Shown piece by piece: positions 63,921 to 64,000 of a stretch of DNA of 64,000 bases; positions within the stretch are counted from its first letter, which is position 1, and the number at the start of each line of letters is the position of its first letter. The position numbers were made by a program, and so were the translations under genes. Source of the stretch: a virus; the IMG/VR virus record IMGVR_UViG_3300005573_000064, positions 32,001-96,000 of that record; one strand, written 5' to 3'. Below the pieces are notes generated by a model that saw only the letters and a list, made by a program, of their open reading frames with translations, searched no databases and was not told the origin of the DNA.

Positions 63921-64000
63921 TGTCTTACCCTCCCTAGCCGGAACAACTCGGCCCCTTCGTAAAAGATTGTTTACACACCTGTTAGATTTATGCAAGCAGC

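Noticed and set aside
1-64000. Numerous plus-strand ORFs (e.g. 33140..34072, 55335..56147, 58331..59407, 1..429)
   Set aside because: They are antisense shadows of long minus-strand genes and show no recognisable motifs.
1-64000. Alternative genetic code (stop-codon recoding)
   Set aside because: The standard code gives dense, uninterrupted genes, and TAA, TAG and TGA all act as stops at tight gene junctions.

Overview
This window is the virion-morphogenesis region of a large, contractile-tailed (myovirus-like, probably jumbo) dsDNA bacteriophage, with essentially every real gene on the minus strand. Reading from the right end it encodes a probable small terminase, large terminase, portal, two lysis-like membrane proteins, prohead protease/scaffold, capsid cement, HK97-type major capsid protein, neck proteins, two sheath-like and three tube-like genes, a tail chaperone, a ~35 kb block of four giant proteins (1990, ~1918, 4662 and 2629 aa), and baseplate genes. 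The main candidate for a new system is the 4662-aa protein. It is a cassette polyprotein in which a 25-aa motif (H[AW]GVGEKG-x-x-SR...LGT[YF]K[SE]HS) recurs nine times, plus one degenerate copy, each time in front of a payload. Six payloads are HExxH ImmA/IrrE-like zinc metallopeptidase domains and one is a fused copy of a stand-alone gene found 25 kb away. Four junctions are near-identical 213-bp DNA repeats. Also notable: a sigma-factor-like segment plus a DEDDh exonuclease inside another giant protein, an array of covarying hairpins upstream of the small terminase, a shared -10-only promoter (GCTATAATA), and host-like genes (VTC domain, beta-barrel, GT9-like) inserted in the structural operon. 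All functional calls rest on motif recognition and gene order by eye; no searches were run.
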